Source: Pedobacter sp. (lineage in GTDB: Bacteria; Desulfobacterota; Desulfuromonadia; Desulfuromonadales; Syntrophotaleaceae). Taken from it: a stretch of 64,000 nt of DNA. Positions 19,551 to 30,219 of this stretch are shown here, one piece after another. The stretch covers positions 608,725 to 672,724 of the forward strand of contig JBFWJC010000002.1 of the NCBI GenBank assembly GCA_050253415.1, read 5' to 3'. The translations under genes and the position numbers were made by a program. The stretch's first letter is position 1. Every line of letters starts with the position of its first letter. Under the pieces are notes generated by a model that saw only the letters and a list, made by a program, of their open reading frames with translations, did no database searches and was not told where the DNA came from.

Positions 19551-20477
19551 TTATTTCCGGAGGGCCAGCCACCACGCCAGCACTATAAACGAAGCCGCAA
19601 ATATCCCCAGCCAACGATTCAGTAGCGGGCCGGGCCGCGGCAGGGGGGCAAGCAGCCAGCCGGCGGCGAGCCCGCATAAAAAACCGAACAGATGGGCCAG
19701 CAGGTCGGTATGTTCGCCTCCGGTACCCAACAGGGCCAGCAAGGCGAGGCTGGCCGCCAGTGGCAGGGTCCACCTTTTTGTGAGCCGCAAACGATGGCGT
19801 CGGGCATTCAGTGCAGCGAGGATGCCGATAGCGCCAAAAACGGCGGTCGAGGCACCCACCGATTGATGGGACGGGGCCTGGATCAAGCAGTTAAGGTAAT
19901 TGCCGGATACTCCAGCAAGGAGAAGCAGGCACCAACCGGTCCCCGATCCAACCTCCCGGCACAGGCGGATGATGAATACCCCACCGATAAGGATATTGCC
20001 TGCAAGGTGCAAAGCATCGCTGTGCAGCGTCAGGGCGGTAGCAAGGCGCCACCATTGACCGCTGCGGATGCTGGCGACGTGGGCGTTGCCCGATGCGAGC
20101 CAAGGCAGAAATTTAATGTCGAGGGAAGGGTAGTGCAGGCGGGTAATATTGTGAAACAGCGCCAGAGCCGCCAGAACGCAGGCACTGACCCAGGCGTTGT
20201 CCAAGCTGGTTGCGGTTGGAGGGGACGGTGGCCAATGGCGATTTTCTTCCGTATATAATCGCAACGCGTACAGCGCCCGCTGCAGATCCGGGGCCGGGAC
20301 CGCCAGGTGCCAACCGTCTTCAACCTGCTGCAGGCGAGTGTCGATACCGCACGACGTCAACACCAGGTGCCAGTCCCGGGCCTGAACGGTGGTCAGGGGC
20401 GGGGACATATCCGGGTCGACACTGGTGGGGTCGAGGATCTGCCACAGGGTCTGGTCATGCTCGGTTATCGGGGGCAT
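19551..20477 (-). CDS. Rhomboid-family intramembrane serine protease
   Basis: 'QWWRL', 'HLAGN', catalytic 'GAS', 'DLLAHLFG'. Confidence 0.9.
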   Translation of the reverse strand: MPPITEHDQTLWQILDPTSVDPDMSPPLTTVQARDWHLVLTSCGIDTRLQQVEDGWHLAVPAPDLQRALYALRLYTEENRHWPPSPPTATSLDNAWVSACVLAALALFHNITRLHYPSLDIKFLPWLASGNAHVASIRSGQWWRLATALTLHSDALHLAGNILIGGVFIIRLCREVGSGTGWCLLLLAGVSGNYLNCLIQAPSHQSVGASTAVFGAIGILAALNARRHRLRLTKRWTLPLAASLALLALLGTGGEHTDLLAHLFGFLCGLAAGWLLAPLPRPGPLLNRWLGIFAASFIVLAWWLALRK

Positions 20478-20555
20478 GGTGGTAGCGTCTCGATATCGAA
20501 TTTATCGGATTATACCCGCGGCTCCGGTGCGTATATACGGGGCACCATTTGCCTT

Positions 20556-20685
20556 TGATCACTATGATCACTATGATCACGAGGGACACGAAGAAAGACG
20601 AGAGCCAAGATTATGGGTCTCAACAAAACCACATCGAAGATTTGTCCTTAAGCATGTCTTCGTGTTCTTCGTGCTCTTCGTGGTG
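20556..20685. repeat. Nonamer-periodic inverted-repeat element, copy 2
   Basis: TGAT CACTATGAT CACTATGAT CACGAGGGA CACGAAG ... CTTCGTGTT CTTCGTGCT CTTCGTGGTG. Confidence 0.8.
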
Positions 20686-20733
20686 AGATAGCCCTTTTTC
20701 TCTTTTATGGCAACACACCATGCGAGGCAAGTC

Positions 20734-20967
20734 ATGCTGGAAAAACACTATTTTGTCGTATCCCGTAAAGACATCAGTACCATGCGCTTTATCCTGGAAA
20801 GCTATGATGGGTTGATGTTCATGCGTACCATCGATGCTGCGGCCGGAGTGATCGAAGTTGCTTATCATCCATCGCGCCGTCAGGATGCTGAGGATCTTCT
20901 GCAAGCATTGATCGATGAGGTCGGGCTGACACCTACCGCTCCCCCGGAAAACCTCGATACTTTATAG
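20734..20967 (+). CDS. DUF4911-like small protein
   Basis: 'RKDISTMRFILESYDGL...RTID' pattern. Confidence 0.75.
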   Translation: MLEKHYFVVSRKDISTMRFILESYDGLMFMRTIDAAAGVIEVAYHPSRRQDAEDLLQALIDEVGLTPTAPPENLDTL

Positions 20968-21025
20968 CCTGAAATGAGTGCGTAGCACCACAGCGGTCTT
21001 CCTGGCCTTGTATGGTTTTGGCCGG

Positions 21026-22165
21026 TCAGGCTATTGACTCCGGCATGGCTGCCTGAACATTGCTTTGTGCGTCATTTTGTCCACGCAGGTAGATCGAACG
21101 ACTCGGAAAAGCGACCTCCAGGCCGAGAGCTTCGAGGATATCCATGATTTTCAGACAGACATCTTCGCGGGCATCGAGGTATTCCCCCCATACCGTCGTG
21201 GTGGTGAAGCAATAAACCATGATGTCCAGAGATGACGGACCATAATCGGTGAAGTTGACCAGAAAGAAATCCTGCTCGATGGCCGGGTGGTTTTTCAGCA
21301 TCTCCCTGATCTGCGAGACGGCCTGGCGCATTTGTGCCGGGCTGGTTTCATAGGTAACCCCCACGTTGAGTTTGATGCGCCGTTTGGGCATGCGGCTGAA
21401 ATTGTCGATGGCCAGGTTGGCGATGATGTTGTTGGGCACAGTGATCAGGGTCTTGGCGAAGGTGCGGATTTTGGTGGAGCGAAAACCGACCTCTTCGACC
21501 ACCCCTTCCATGTCGCCGGCCTTGACCCAGTCACCGAGGTGAAACGGCCGGTCGAGGATGATCATGAACGAACCGAAGATATTCGACAGGGTGTCCTTGG
21601 CCGCCAGGGCTACGGCGAGACCGCCGATGCCCAGCGAGGCCAGCAATCCGGAGATGGAATAGCCGAGGTTCTGGATGGTCATGATCACAGCCAGAAAGAT
21701 AATGAAAGCCCGCAGGCTCTTGCGGATAAAAGGCAGCAGATGGTCGTCGAGGGTCGATTCGGTTTTGCTGACCCAGCCGGCCAAAAAGATATCCAGCAGG
21801 TCGACCAGATTGAACAGGGCCCAGCCGATATCGAAAGTCACAAGCACCTTGAGGATGGCGTAAGCGCCGCGTCGCAGGTTGACCGGATCGGTCGGCAGCC
21901 GCAGGACCTGCACAGCAATAAACAGCCCGATAATCACTACCAGCAGTTCTGCCGGCTTGCGGATGCAATTCAAAAAGTCGTCGTCATAGCGGCTTTTGGT
22001 GCGGGCTGCCAGGGGGTAGATCACGCTGACAAAGATATGCCCGAGAATCTTTTTTAAAATAAGGGCCGTGATGAGGATGGCAAAAGTGGCTGCAAAACGG
22101 CCGGCACTGATGCCGAGAAAGGTTTCCTTGAATATGACATCCAGAGTGGAAAAAAAATCGTTCAT
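21026..22165 (-). CDS. mscS: Small-conductance mechanosensitive channel family protein
   Basis: 'LGIGGLAVALAAKDTLSN', 'RPFHLGDWV', 'GFRSTKIRT', 'AFPS'. Confidence 0.92.
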   Translation of the reverse strand: MNDFFSTLDVIFKETFLGISAGRFAATFAILITALILKKILGHIFVSVIYPLAARTKSRYDDDFLNCIRKPAELLVVIIGLFIAVQVLRLPTDPVNLRRGAYAILKVLVTFDIGWALFNLVDLLDIFLAGWVSKTESTLDDHLLPFIRKSLRAFIIFLAVIMTIQNLGYSISGLLASLGIGGLAVALAAKDTLSNIFGSFMIILDRPFHLGDWVKAGDMEGVVEEVGFRSTKIRTFAKTLITVPNNIIANLAIDNFSRMPKRRIKLNVGVTYETSPAQMRQAVSQIREMLKNHPAIEQDFFLVNFTDYGPSSLDIMVYCFTTTTVWGEYLDAREDVCLKIMDILEALGLEVAFPSRSIYLRGQNDAQSNVQAAMPESIA

Positions 22166-22401
22166 GCAGATATCTCCTTGTGATTTCAATGCCTGATACT
22201 TAACAGATGGTGTTTTTGATTGCAAGTGCATGCGCTCAAAGGATGCGCGGATAAGGAATCTCTGCTACATTGAGAAGATTAAATACTGGTGATTGGTTGA
22301 GAGTGATGAATGATCAGTCATGACCTAGCCAAATGCTGGACCTTAAACACTATTCCGCATCGGTCCCGGTCTTAAGAGAAATTTTTATTAAGGAGCCCAT
22401 C

Positions 22402-24345
22402 ATGCCGAGCAATGTCACCCGTAAAGTTCTGGAAAACCACCTTGTCGAAGGTCAGTTGGTGCCCGGCGAGGAGATTGCCATCCGCATCGATCATACCCTG
22501 TTGCAGGACGCTACCGGTACCATGGCCATGCTGGAGTTCGAGGCTTTGGGCCTGGAACGGGTGAAGGTGGATCTGGCGGCGCAATATGTGGACCACAACC
22601 TGTTGCAGACAGATTTTAAAAATGCCGATGATCACCGTTATCTGCAGTCGGCCTGCGCCCGCTATGGTATTCATTTCAGCCGCCCCGGCAACGGCATTTC
22701 CCATCAGGTGCACCTGGAGAATTTCGGGCGTCCGGGACTGACCCTGCTCGGTGCCGACAGTCATACGCCTGCCGCCGCCGGTTTGTCGATGCTGGCCATG
22801 GGAGCCGGCGGCCTGGACGTGGCACTGGCCATGGCGGGGCGCCCTTACTACCTGCCCTGCCCCCAGGTGTTGGGTGTGATGCTGCTCGGCAGACTCCCCG
22901 ATTGGGTCAGCGCCAAGGACGTGGTCCTCGAGATGTTGCGTCGTTACGACGTCAAGGGGTGTCTGGGCAAAGTGGTCGAATATTACGGTCCGGGGGTTGC
23001 TACCCTGAGCGTGGAAGATCGCGCCGTCATCGGCAATATGGGCACCGAACTCGGCGCCACCAGTTCCATCTTCCCTTCCGATGAACAGACCCGTGCTTAT
23101 CTGCAGGCCCAAGGGCGTGGAGACCACTGGCAACCGCTGGTTGCCGATGCGGATGCCTCCTACGACGAATACGATGAAATCGATCTGGAAACCCTTGAGC
23201 CGCTCATCGCCTGTCCGTCGTCGCCGGGCAATGTCGTGACGGTGCGCGAGGTTGCCGGTATCCCTGTCGATCAGGTCATCATCGGTTCCAGTGCCAACAG
23301 CGGGCTCAAGGACCTGCTGCGGGTGGTACGTATTGTCGAAGGACGCCACAGTGCCGCCAATACCGATTTTCATATCAATCCTGGCAGCCGCCAGGTGTTG
23401 GAAAACGTGGCCGAGGCCGGCGGCATCCTGCCGCTGATGATGGCCGGAGCCAAGATACATCAATCCGGCTGCCTTGGCTGCATCGGCATGGGGCAGGCTC
23501 CGGGTACCGGTCAGGTAAGTCTGCGCACCTTTCCACGCAACTTTCCCGGTCGCTCCGGTACCAAGGATGACCAGGTCTATCTCTGCTCACCGGAAACCGC
23601 CGCAGCGGCGGCGTTGCGCGGGAGCATCACCGATCCGCGTGATCTCGCAAGCGACATGGCCTATCCCTCGATCGAAGAGCCTGCACAGCGGGTGGTCGAT
23701 CGCTCCTCCATGGTCTTTCCCTGTGAGGAGGGCTTCGCCACCGAAGTGCTGCGGGGCCCGAATATCAAACCTTTTCCGCAGCTGGATGCGTTGCCTGAAA
23801 ACCTGCGTGTCACTGTAGCGATCAAGGTCGGTGACAATATCTCCACCGATGGCATTATGCCCGCCGGTAACAAGGTGCTGCCGCTGCGTTCCAATATCGA
23901 AGCGATCAGCGAATATGTCTTTTATCAGCTCGACCCCGGCTTTCACACCCGCTGTCGTCAGCTGGTCGATGTGGCGGTGATCGGCGGCGATAACTACGGT
24001 CAGGGGTCCAGTCGCGAACATGCGGCTCTGGCGCCGCGTTACCTTGGCGTGCGACTCAAACTGGCCAAGAGCTTCGCCCGTATTCACAAGGCCAACCTGT
24101 GTAATTTCGGCATTTTGCCCCTGACCTTTAAAGATCCTGCTGATTATGAACGGTTGGCGGAAGGAACGGTTCTCGAAATCGACGCGGTTCGCCAACGTCT
24201 TGAACGGGGCGATACGGAACTCCCCGTGCTTGTGAACGGCGATAAAATCATGGCGCTTCTGTCGGTGTCGGCACGTCAACGAACCAGTCTTCTGGCAGGC
24301 GGAACCTTGAATCAGGTACGACGGGAACTGGCGCGTCTTGGATAA
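22402..24345 (+). CDS. Aconitate hydratase (short, Aquifex-type architecture)
   Basis: 'QDATG', 'DHN', 'GADSHT', 'GCLGCIG', 'RNFPGR', 'STD', 'NYGQGSSREHAA'. Confidence 0.88.
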   Translation: MPSNVTRKVLENHLVEGQLVPGEEIAIRIDHTLLQDATGTMAMLEFEALGLERVKVDLAAQYVDHNLLQTDFKNADDHRYLQSACARYGIHFSRPGNGISHQVHLENFGRPGLTLLGADSHTPAAAGLSMLAMGAGGLDVALAMAGRPYYLPCPQVLGVMLLGRLPDWVSAKDVVLEMLRRYDVKGCLGKVVEYYGPGVATLSVEDRAVIGNMGTELGATSSIFPSDEQTRAYLQAQGRGDHWQPLVADADASYDEYDEIDLETLEPLIACPSSPGNVVTVREVAGIPVDQVIIGSSANSGLKDLLRVVRIVEGRHSAANTDFHINPGSRQVLENVAEAGGILPLMMAGAKIHQSGCLGCIGMGQAPGTGQVSLRTFPRNFPGRSGTKDDQVYLCSPETAAAAALRGSITDPRDLASDMAYPSIEEPAQRVVDRSSMVFPCEEGFATEVLRGPNIKPFPQLDALPENLRVTVAIKVGDNISTDGIMPAGNKVLPLRSNIEAISEYVFYQLDPGFHTRCRQLVDVAVIGGDNYGQGSSREHAALAPRYLGVRLKLAKSFARIHKANLCNFGILPLTFKDPADYERLAEGTVLEIDAVRQRLERGDTELPVLVNGDKIMALLSVSARQRTSLLAGGTLNQVRRELARLG

Positions 24346-24429
24346 ATAGGCTTGGCTGTTGTTGATGATTCTGGTAGGAATGGATTATCGCTATGCTGTC
24401 TGATAATTATCGGTGGGAAGAGGGCCTGG

Positions 24430-25926
24430 ATGCAACGATTAACCCTTAAAGCAAAACTTATATTCTCGTTAAGCTTCATCCTGGTATTTGGCCTTGTCCT
24501 GACCAACGTTAACAATTATCGGGTTTCTGCCCGCTCGGTGCGTAAAAATATCGTCGAACATGCCCTGCCTCTGACGCGCGACAATATCTATTCGGAGATC
24601 CAATCCGATCTGATGCGTCCTATTTTTATCTCGTCGTTGATGGCCAATGATACCTTTCTCAAGGATTGGGCCCTCGGCGGTGAACAGGACGTGGATAAAA
24701 TCACCCGTTATCTGCAGGAAATCGAGGGAAAATACGGATTTTTCTCCACCTTTTTCGTTTCGGAAAAGACCGGCTATTACTATCATTTTAACGGTATTCT
24801 TAAAAAACTCAGTGACGATGATCCCCACGACGTGTGGTACACCGATTTCAAGGCTATGGGGAAACCTTATGACCTTACCGTCGATACCAACGAGGCTGCA
24901 GAAAACGGCCTGACTATTTTCATCAATCACCGCCTTAACGATTACAACGGCAACCTGCTTGGCGTGACCGGCGTGGGACTGAATATGGAAATGGTGGCCA
25001 GCCTGCTTACATCCTACCGGCAGCGCTACGGGCGGGATATTTACCTGGTTGACCACCACGGCCTTATCAAGGTGCATAAGGATCAGTCTCTGGTGGACCA
25101 TGCCAATATAGCCGACCAGGAAGGTTTGCGGGCCATTGCTCGGCAGGCCCTGGTGGTCAAACCGGAAACCGACTGTTTTGATTTTTGGCGTGGCGGGCGG
25201 CACATTCTCCTGACCTCCCGTTATATCCCCGAGTTTGAATGGTTTTTATTCGTCGAGCAGGACGAGACGCAGGCCATCGCCGGTATTCGTCGCAATTTTT
25301 ATCAAAACCTCCTATTCGATCTGGTGATCATCGCTGCAATCCTCGGGATTACCATTTATACGGTCAACCGTTTTCAGAACAAGCTTGAGGAGATGGCCAC
25401 CACCGACAAATTGACCGGAGCTTGTAACCGGCGGGAATTCGATCGCTGTTTCGATTTGGCCTGCTATCTCAGCAAGCGGCAGAACGTGCCTTTTTCAGTC
25501 ATTTTATTCGATATTGATGATTTCAAAACCATCAACGATGAACTGGGGCATATGGCCGGGGACCAGGTTCTCAAACAGATAGTCAATCTTGCCGAAGGAC
25601 ATATCCGGCAGAACGACCTGGTTGTGCGCTGGGGGGGGGACGAGTTTGTCCTGCTGGTTCACAACGACCTGTCCCAGGCCTGGCAGGTGGCGGAGCGTTT
25701 GCGCGAAGAGATTCGCAAGCGGGACCTGTTGGTCGGATTTGATGGCGGCTCTGGCAAAGGGTCGGTAACCATCAGTTGCGGAGTGGTGATGTATGACGAC
25801 GGCGAGACCCTTGACCATCTTATGATGCGGGTCGATGCCGCTCTTTACGAGTCCAAAAAACGGGGCAAGGATCAGACCGTGACGCTTCCTGCCATTTCTG
25901 TAAAACAGGCATCGGGGGCTACCTGA
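24430..25926 (+). CDS. Cache-sensor diguanylate cyclase
   Basis: Two TMs around a Cache-like domain; 'RQND' I-site and 'RWGGDEF'. Confidence 0.9.
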   Translation: MQRLTLKAKLIFSLSFILVFGLVLTNVNNYRVSARSVRKNIVEHALPLTRDNIYSEIQSDLMRPIFISSLMANDTFLKDWALGGEQDVDKITRYLQEIEGKYGFFSTFFVSEKTGYYYHFNGILKKLSDDDPHDVWYTDFKAMGKPYDLTVDTNEAAENGLTIFINHRLNDYNGNLLGVTGVGLNMEMVASLLTSYRQRYGRDIYLVDHHGLIKVHKDQSLVDHANIADQEGLRAIARQALVVKPETDCFDFWRGGRHILLTSRYIPEFEWFLFVEQDETQAIAGIRRNFYQNLLFDLVIIAAILGITIYTVNRFQNKLEEMATTDKLTGACNRREFDRCFDLACYLSKRQNVPFSVILFDIDDFKTINDELGHMAGDQVLKQIVNLAEGHIRQNDLVVRWGGDEFVLLVHNDLSQAWQVAERLREEIRKRDLLVGFDGGSGKGSVTISCGVVMYDDGETLDHLMMRVDAALYESKKRGKDQTVTLPAISVKQASGAT

Positions 25927-26302
25927 AACCTTTCTGGCGAGGTTTCCGCCCCGTCAGTTTACCCGCTTTAGGTTTTTTGGATGGCAGGGTGAGGGTAAAA
26001 TCAATACCCCGCTGAACCCAGGTGGCCAGGGCGTTGTCCTCGGCGGTACCGGTTATTTCGATCTGTACCCAGCCGGTCATGGGCCGGCCGGTAAAATCGA
26101 AAACCTGCGTATGTGGCAGGTGCAGGGCTTCGGCATATTTTCGGGGCCCGACCCTTACGATCAGCAGATCGTGGACGATGGCGCAGGCCATGTGGCCGCG
26201 CAACATGAAACAGATCCCGCCGAACATCTTGCGTTCACTATAACCGTCAAGGGGCAACAACAGGGCGCGAACCCTGTCGGCCAGGTGCGTGTTGTATGGC
26301 AT
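25919..26302 (-). CDS. TfoX N-terminal domain protein
   Basis: 'ERKMFGGICFM..GHM...LIVRVG', 'FDFTGRPMTGWV'. Confidence 0.8.
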   Translation of the reverse strand: MPYNTHLADRVRALLLPLDGYSERKMFGGICFMLRGHMACAIVHDLLIVRVGPRKYAEALHLPHTQVFDFTGRPMTGWVQIEITGTAEDNALATWVQRGIDFTLTLPSKKPKAGKLTGRKPRQKGFR

Positions 26303-26430
26303 GGTTTCCAACCTGTCCCGTTAATAGGTTTCTTCAGAAGATTACCCGATCCGCCGTATCCTGTATGTTTCTTTCTCCCTTTGAGCATAGCATCTCCTCC
26401 TTAAAATATCTGGATCTCCCAGCCAGAGGT

Positions 26431-27813
26431 TCATGCTTCATCGACCACCCTTTGCAGTGATTTGATCATCTCTCCTTTTATACGCTGCCGGTAAATTTTT
26501 TCTCTGATAAAGGGAATTTTCACCAGCAACAGCAATAGCCCGTTTTTCAGCCGGATGCGCCAGTTTCGGTGTGGGAAGTCGTAGCCGTGATACTTTTTGA
26601 AAAAACGGTGGTCGGCCACGAAAGGGAAGCGCAGTCGTCCCCAGATTTCGTCACGCAGCAGTTTGCTGCCGGCCACCCCGAGAAAGGTTCTCGGTTTCAT
26701 GTAATTCTGCTCACTGAGGAGAATCAATTGTTGCGCCAGGTGATCGAGTCGCACCTCCAGCGGTATGGACGCGACGCTTTCGTCACCGACAATCCCCACC
26801 ATGTTGGCCTGCATCATTTCGAAATAGCCCTCGAGAATCTCCCGCAAGTGCCCATTGCAGCTTAAGGGCCCGGCCACAATAATGCCCACCTGCTTATTTC
26901 GTACTGTCGGCGTGTGGCCCATGAAAAAGGTACGGTCAAAAAAACTCTTCCAGCGGGCTGACAGATAGCGATCCTTTATGGTGCCGGCATAGATCAGTAT
27001 GTCGGCGGTCATTACCTTGTCGCGATAAAAAGGGATAAAGTCATCGAGGTCTTCCAGCGGGCAACGGTTATCGTAGCCGCATTGAATACAGCCCAGACAA
27101 CTGCTCTTGATGCACAGCTCATTCAGGTTGACGACCTCGGCTTGATTGCCGAAACTTGCCTGGAGCCGCGCGACCATTTTGGCCTGATTATCCTCGGGAT
27201 TTACCGCGTCCGTGATAATGAGGATGGTGCGGCCATTGGTATCGAGTAGTGTCGGATGGGTGGTCGGTGTATAGGGCGGTGGAGGTGTGATTGCCGGTTG
27301 CGGAGTCGGGAACGTCGGCCCATGCTGGGCAATGGTTCGGAACACATTTTCACCAAAGGTCAACAGCTGGCGACGCTGTTCCTCGATGAGCAGATCCTGC
27401 ATATCGGCCGAAAACCCATCGATAAAACGCATCTGCAGGTCGTCGCATATCGCTCGTATATACTGCAGGGCCGTGTGGTCGTAGAAGTGCACCGAAGTTG
27501 CTATGGCCAGAGTGTATTTATCCTTGAATGCGGTGGTCGCCTGCTTCTCCCAAATGAGCTCGATAAAGCGCTTCAAATGGGCATGGACCAGCAGATAGTA
27601 GAGAGGCGTTCCCCAGAGGATACCATCAGCCGCGGCGATGCATTCGATGATCTCTTCAAACAGTTGTGGATTGCCTTCGATATGCTGAATATCCCGGGCG
27701 ATATGCAGGATGTGAAATTCGTGCTGCGGGAACTTTTTGCCGAGAAAGCGGACATACTGCATGGTGATGCTCTGCTCACCTTTTGGGCTGCCGTTCAATA
27801 CGACGATTTTCAT
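26431..27813 (-). CDS. Tandem flavodoxin-domain NAD(P)H oxidoreductase / iron-sulfur flavoprotein
   Basis: 'VLNGSPK' N-terminal domain; second domain with CLGCIQC.....C. Confidence 0.78.
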   Translation of the reverse strand: MKIVVLNGSPKGEQSITMQYVRFLGKKFPQHEFHILHIARDIQHIEGNPQLFEEIIECIAAADGILWGTPLYYLLVHAHLKRFIELIWEKQATTAFKDKYTLAIATSVHFYDHTALQYIRAICDDLQMRFIDGFSADMQDLLIEEQRRQLLTFGENVFRTIAQHGPTFPTPQPAITPPPPYTPTTHPTLLDTNGRTILIITDAVNPEDNQAKMVARLQASFGNQAEVVNLNELCIKSSCLGCIQCGYDNRCPLEDLDDFIPFYRDKVMTADILIYAGTIKDRYLSARWKSFFDRTFFMGHTPTVRNKQVGIIVAGPLSCNGHLREILEGYFEMMQANMVGIVGDESVASIPLEVRLDHLAQQLILLSEQNYMKPRTFLGVAGSKLLRDEIWGRLRFPFVADHRFFKKYHGYDFPHRNWRIRLKNGLLLLLVKIPFIREKIYRQRIKGEMIKSLQRVVDEA

Positions 27814-28160
27814 CGGATCCTCCCTGTTGCGATGCTGCGTGTTTCGCTTGCCGTATGGAGCCCGCCGAATATATCACTTTGTAATTATTATCAAAAATAT
27901 CTTTTTGGGCTGTTTTCGTACGCGGTTGTCGTGCTGTCGTTGGCAACCCTGCACCTGCAAATGCGCGGAGGAATGTCGGGATGGGGAACGGGTATTTTGC
28001 AGGTGGGGGCGAATAATGAAACCTTGGTGGACATGGAATGTGCGGATATTTATGACTCTATCCACAGCAGCTGTGTAAAACTCCCCGCACAACTCTGGAA
28101 ATGGAGGCGGTGGTGCTTGATTTTTCGAAGGAATCACCTGTTTGCCTATTGTTTAGACAC

Positions 28161-28186
28161 CCGGGGAAAAGGTGAATATTCCCCGG
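28161..28186 (-). terminator. Hairpin just downstream of the porin gene
   Basis: CCGGGGAA...TTCCCCGG, 5 nt from the stop codon. Confidence 0.55.
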
Positions 28187-28191
28187 CTCTG

Positions 28192-30204
28192 TTAAAAAAT
28201 CATGCTACAGGTTGCTCCGATGAGATGGGCGCTGTAGTTGTCCGATCCGTCGCTCGCATTGTCGTCGTAATTGTAGAAGCCGTAGCGCAGCTTGACGGAC
28301 AGGTTATCGGTAATTCGCCGGGTCAGGCTGGCAAGTACGGCATGACGTTGATTTTCAACCCCCAAAGGTAAACCGGTGCTGGCAATATTCTCGAAATTTT
28401 CCGCCAGACTGAAAGAGTATTGGATGTTGAGGTTGGTGCGAGCATCCAATGCCATTCCGGCGCTGGCCGCCAGTGACAGGACATCGCCGTTATATGAAAC
28501 GACCGTATTATCGCCCACATTGACGGTTTCAAGTCTCACATCCTGGTAGGAGACCAAACCGGTGAGAAAGAGGCCGGCCAAGGGTGTTGCAGTAAGACTG
28601 GCGGTGTAGATGCTGGAGTCGTAGTTGGTTGTCTGTACGGAACTGGTCGGATCCGTATCCTCGTCGGTATCGATATTCATGGTCGTGAACAGGTACTTCA
28701 GGGAAGCCCGGATGCGCGATACCGGCCGAAAGGAGACTTTGGCCATCACCGTGTGGGTGGTGAAGTCCTGGTCGAGGATAAAAGCGGAATAACTGTCCGT
28801 ATTGTCCCGCTCATGATCGTAATCGTTGGACCGATAGCTGAAGCGGTAGCGGGCAGCGACCGTGGTTCGGGGCAGCGGAGAGCTGTTGAAGCCGATGCTG
28901 TAACGTTGGCGCCTCACCTGCGTGTCGGTATCCCGGTCCAGCTCCAGGGCCCCGTCCTCCAGTTCCGTTTCGGTAAGGTTGATGTCCTGTTGCGTCCAGC
29001 GGCCTTCCGCGTAAACGGTGGTGCGGGGCAGACCGGTATAACGGATCCCGAGCGTTTCCTCGATACCCACCTTGTTTTCCTCGCTGTCACTGATGGCCGA
29101 TGGGGACTCCAGGGTCCCAACGTCGTCAACAACCTCGGTCAGTATGGCATCGGTATCCCCATGTTTGTCCAGCTTCTCTCCCTGCAGGCCGAGGTAGATG
29201 GTGGTCTTATGGAAGGGGCCGAAGGTGGCATTGATGTTGGCAATGTGCACATCCTGATCGATGTCAATGACATTGGATAGCCAGTGCTTGTCACGGTTTT
29301 CATTTCCCGGCAGGGTTGCCATGCGAAATGAGGCGTCGCCTTCCAGGGTGGTGAAGAGATAGCCCAGAGCGAGAAAGGTTTTTTCGTTCAGATGGGTCGA
29401 CGCATGGAATGTGTTGTACAAAGCATCGTGCTCATAGTCCTCATTGACGGTTACCGTCTCGGTGGCGGTAGGATCGCCGATTTCGATCGCCTTTTCGTGA
29501 CGCCTGGTATCGATACGATAGCTCTCATAGCGGAACTCATCGCCTAGCTGGATATTGGCGATCTCATGGCTGATCTCCAGTCTCACTACATCCGTTTTTT
29601 CGTCGATCTCCTTGAACGAGGGGAAGATCAGCCTCTGCGTACCTCCTTCACTGACTCCACCCCATTCAAGCAAGGATTTTTCTCCGTCCTTGAAGCGGTG
29701 TTCATAGCCGACGATGAGCTTCGGGCGGTTGGGCAGGGTCAGGCCTGCTTCGATGAAAGCGTTACCGATATCCAGGTGCATATCCTTACCCAGGTCGAAG
29801 GATGACTCGCTGAAGGAATTAAAGAATCCGCCCGTGTCGTCGAAGTACTTGCGGTACTCCTTGTAACCGGCGTGCACATATCCGATATCCTGCCGGTCGA
29901 CATGCAGGTCGAGGCGGTAGTTTTCTTCGGGTACGATGGCACGTCCCTGCACCTCGATAGTTGTCTTATTGCCCAGTTGGCGGCGCAGGCTGAAGTTGTC
30001 TATTCCGCCGGTCACCCCATCCTCCAGCCAACTGTCCTCGCGAAATTTGTTGTCATCGCCATCCACAAAGATGCCGCTGAGCGAGGGAGAGATTGTGATG
30101 GCTCCGGTTGTCGAATCATCGTTTTCTGCTGCCCGAAGTTCTCCGCCCGACACAGCCAGGGAGGAAATAAAGGCCAGCACGATACCGAACAGAATGGGTT
30201 TCAT
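28192..30204 (-). CDS. Outer-membrane beta-barrel, MtrB/PioB-like porin
   Basis: Signal peptide, 670 aa, alternating amphipathic strands, 'KFRED' near the N-terminus, terminal Phe; follows an MtrA-like cytochrome. Confidence 0.78.
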   Translation of the reverse strand: MKPILFGIVLAFISSLAVSGGELRAAENDDSTTGAITISPSLSGIFVDGDDNKFREDSWLEDGVTGGIDNFSLRRQLGNKTTIEVQGRAIVPEENYRLDLHVDRQDIGYVHAGYKEYRKYFDDTGGFFNSFSESSFDLGKDMHLDIGNAFIEAGLTLPNRPKLIVGYEHRFKDGEKSLLEWGGVSEGGTQRLIFPSFKEIDEKTDVVRLEISHEIANIQLGDEFRYESYRIDTRRHEKAIEIGDPTATETVTVNEDYEHDALYNTFHASTHLNEKTFLALGYLFTTLEGDASFRMATLPGNENRDKHWLSNVIDIDQDVHIANINATFGPFHKTTIYLGLQGEKLDKHGDTDAILTEVVDDVGTLESPSAISDSEENKVGIEETLGIRYTGLPRTTVYAEGRWTQQDINLTETELEDGALELDRDTDTQVRRQRYSIGFNSSPLPRTTVAARYRFSYRSNDYDHERDNTDSYSAFILDQDFTTHTVMAKVSFRPVSRIRASLKYLFTTMNIDTDEDTDPTSSVQTTNYDSSIYTASLTATPLAGLFLTGLVSYQDVRLETVNVGDNTVVSYNGDVLSLAASAGMALDARTNLNIQYSFSLAENFENIASTGLPLGVENQRHAVLASLTRRITDNLSVKLRYGFYNYDDNASDGSDNYSAHLIGATCSMIF

Positions 30205-30219
30205 GGCGGTCCTCCTCTG

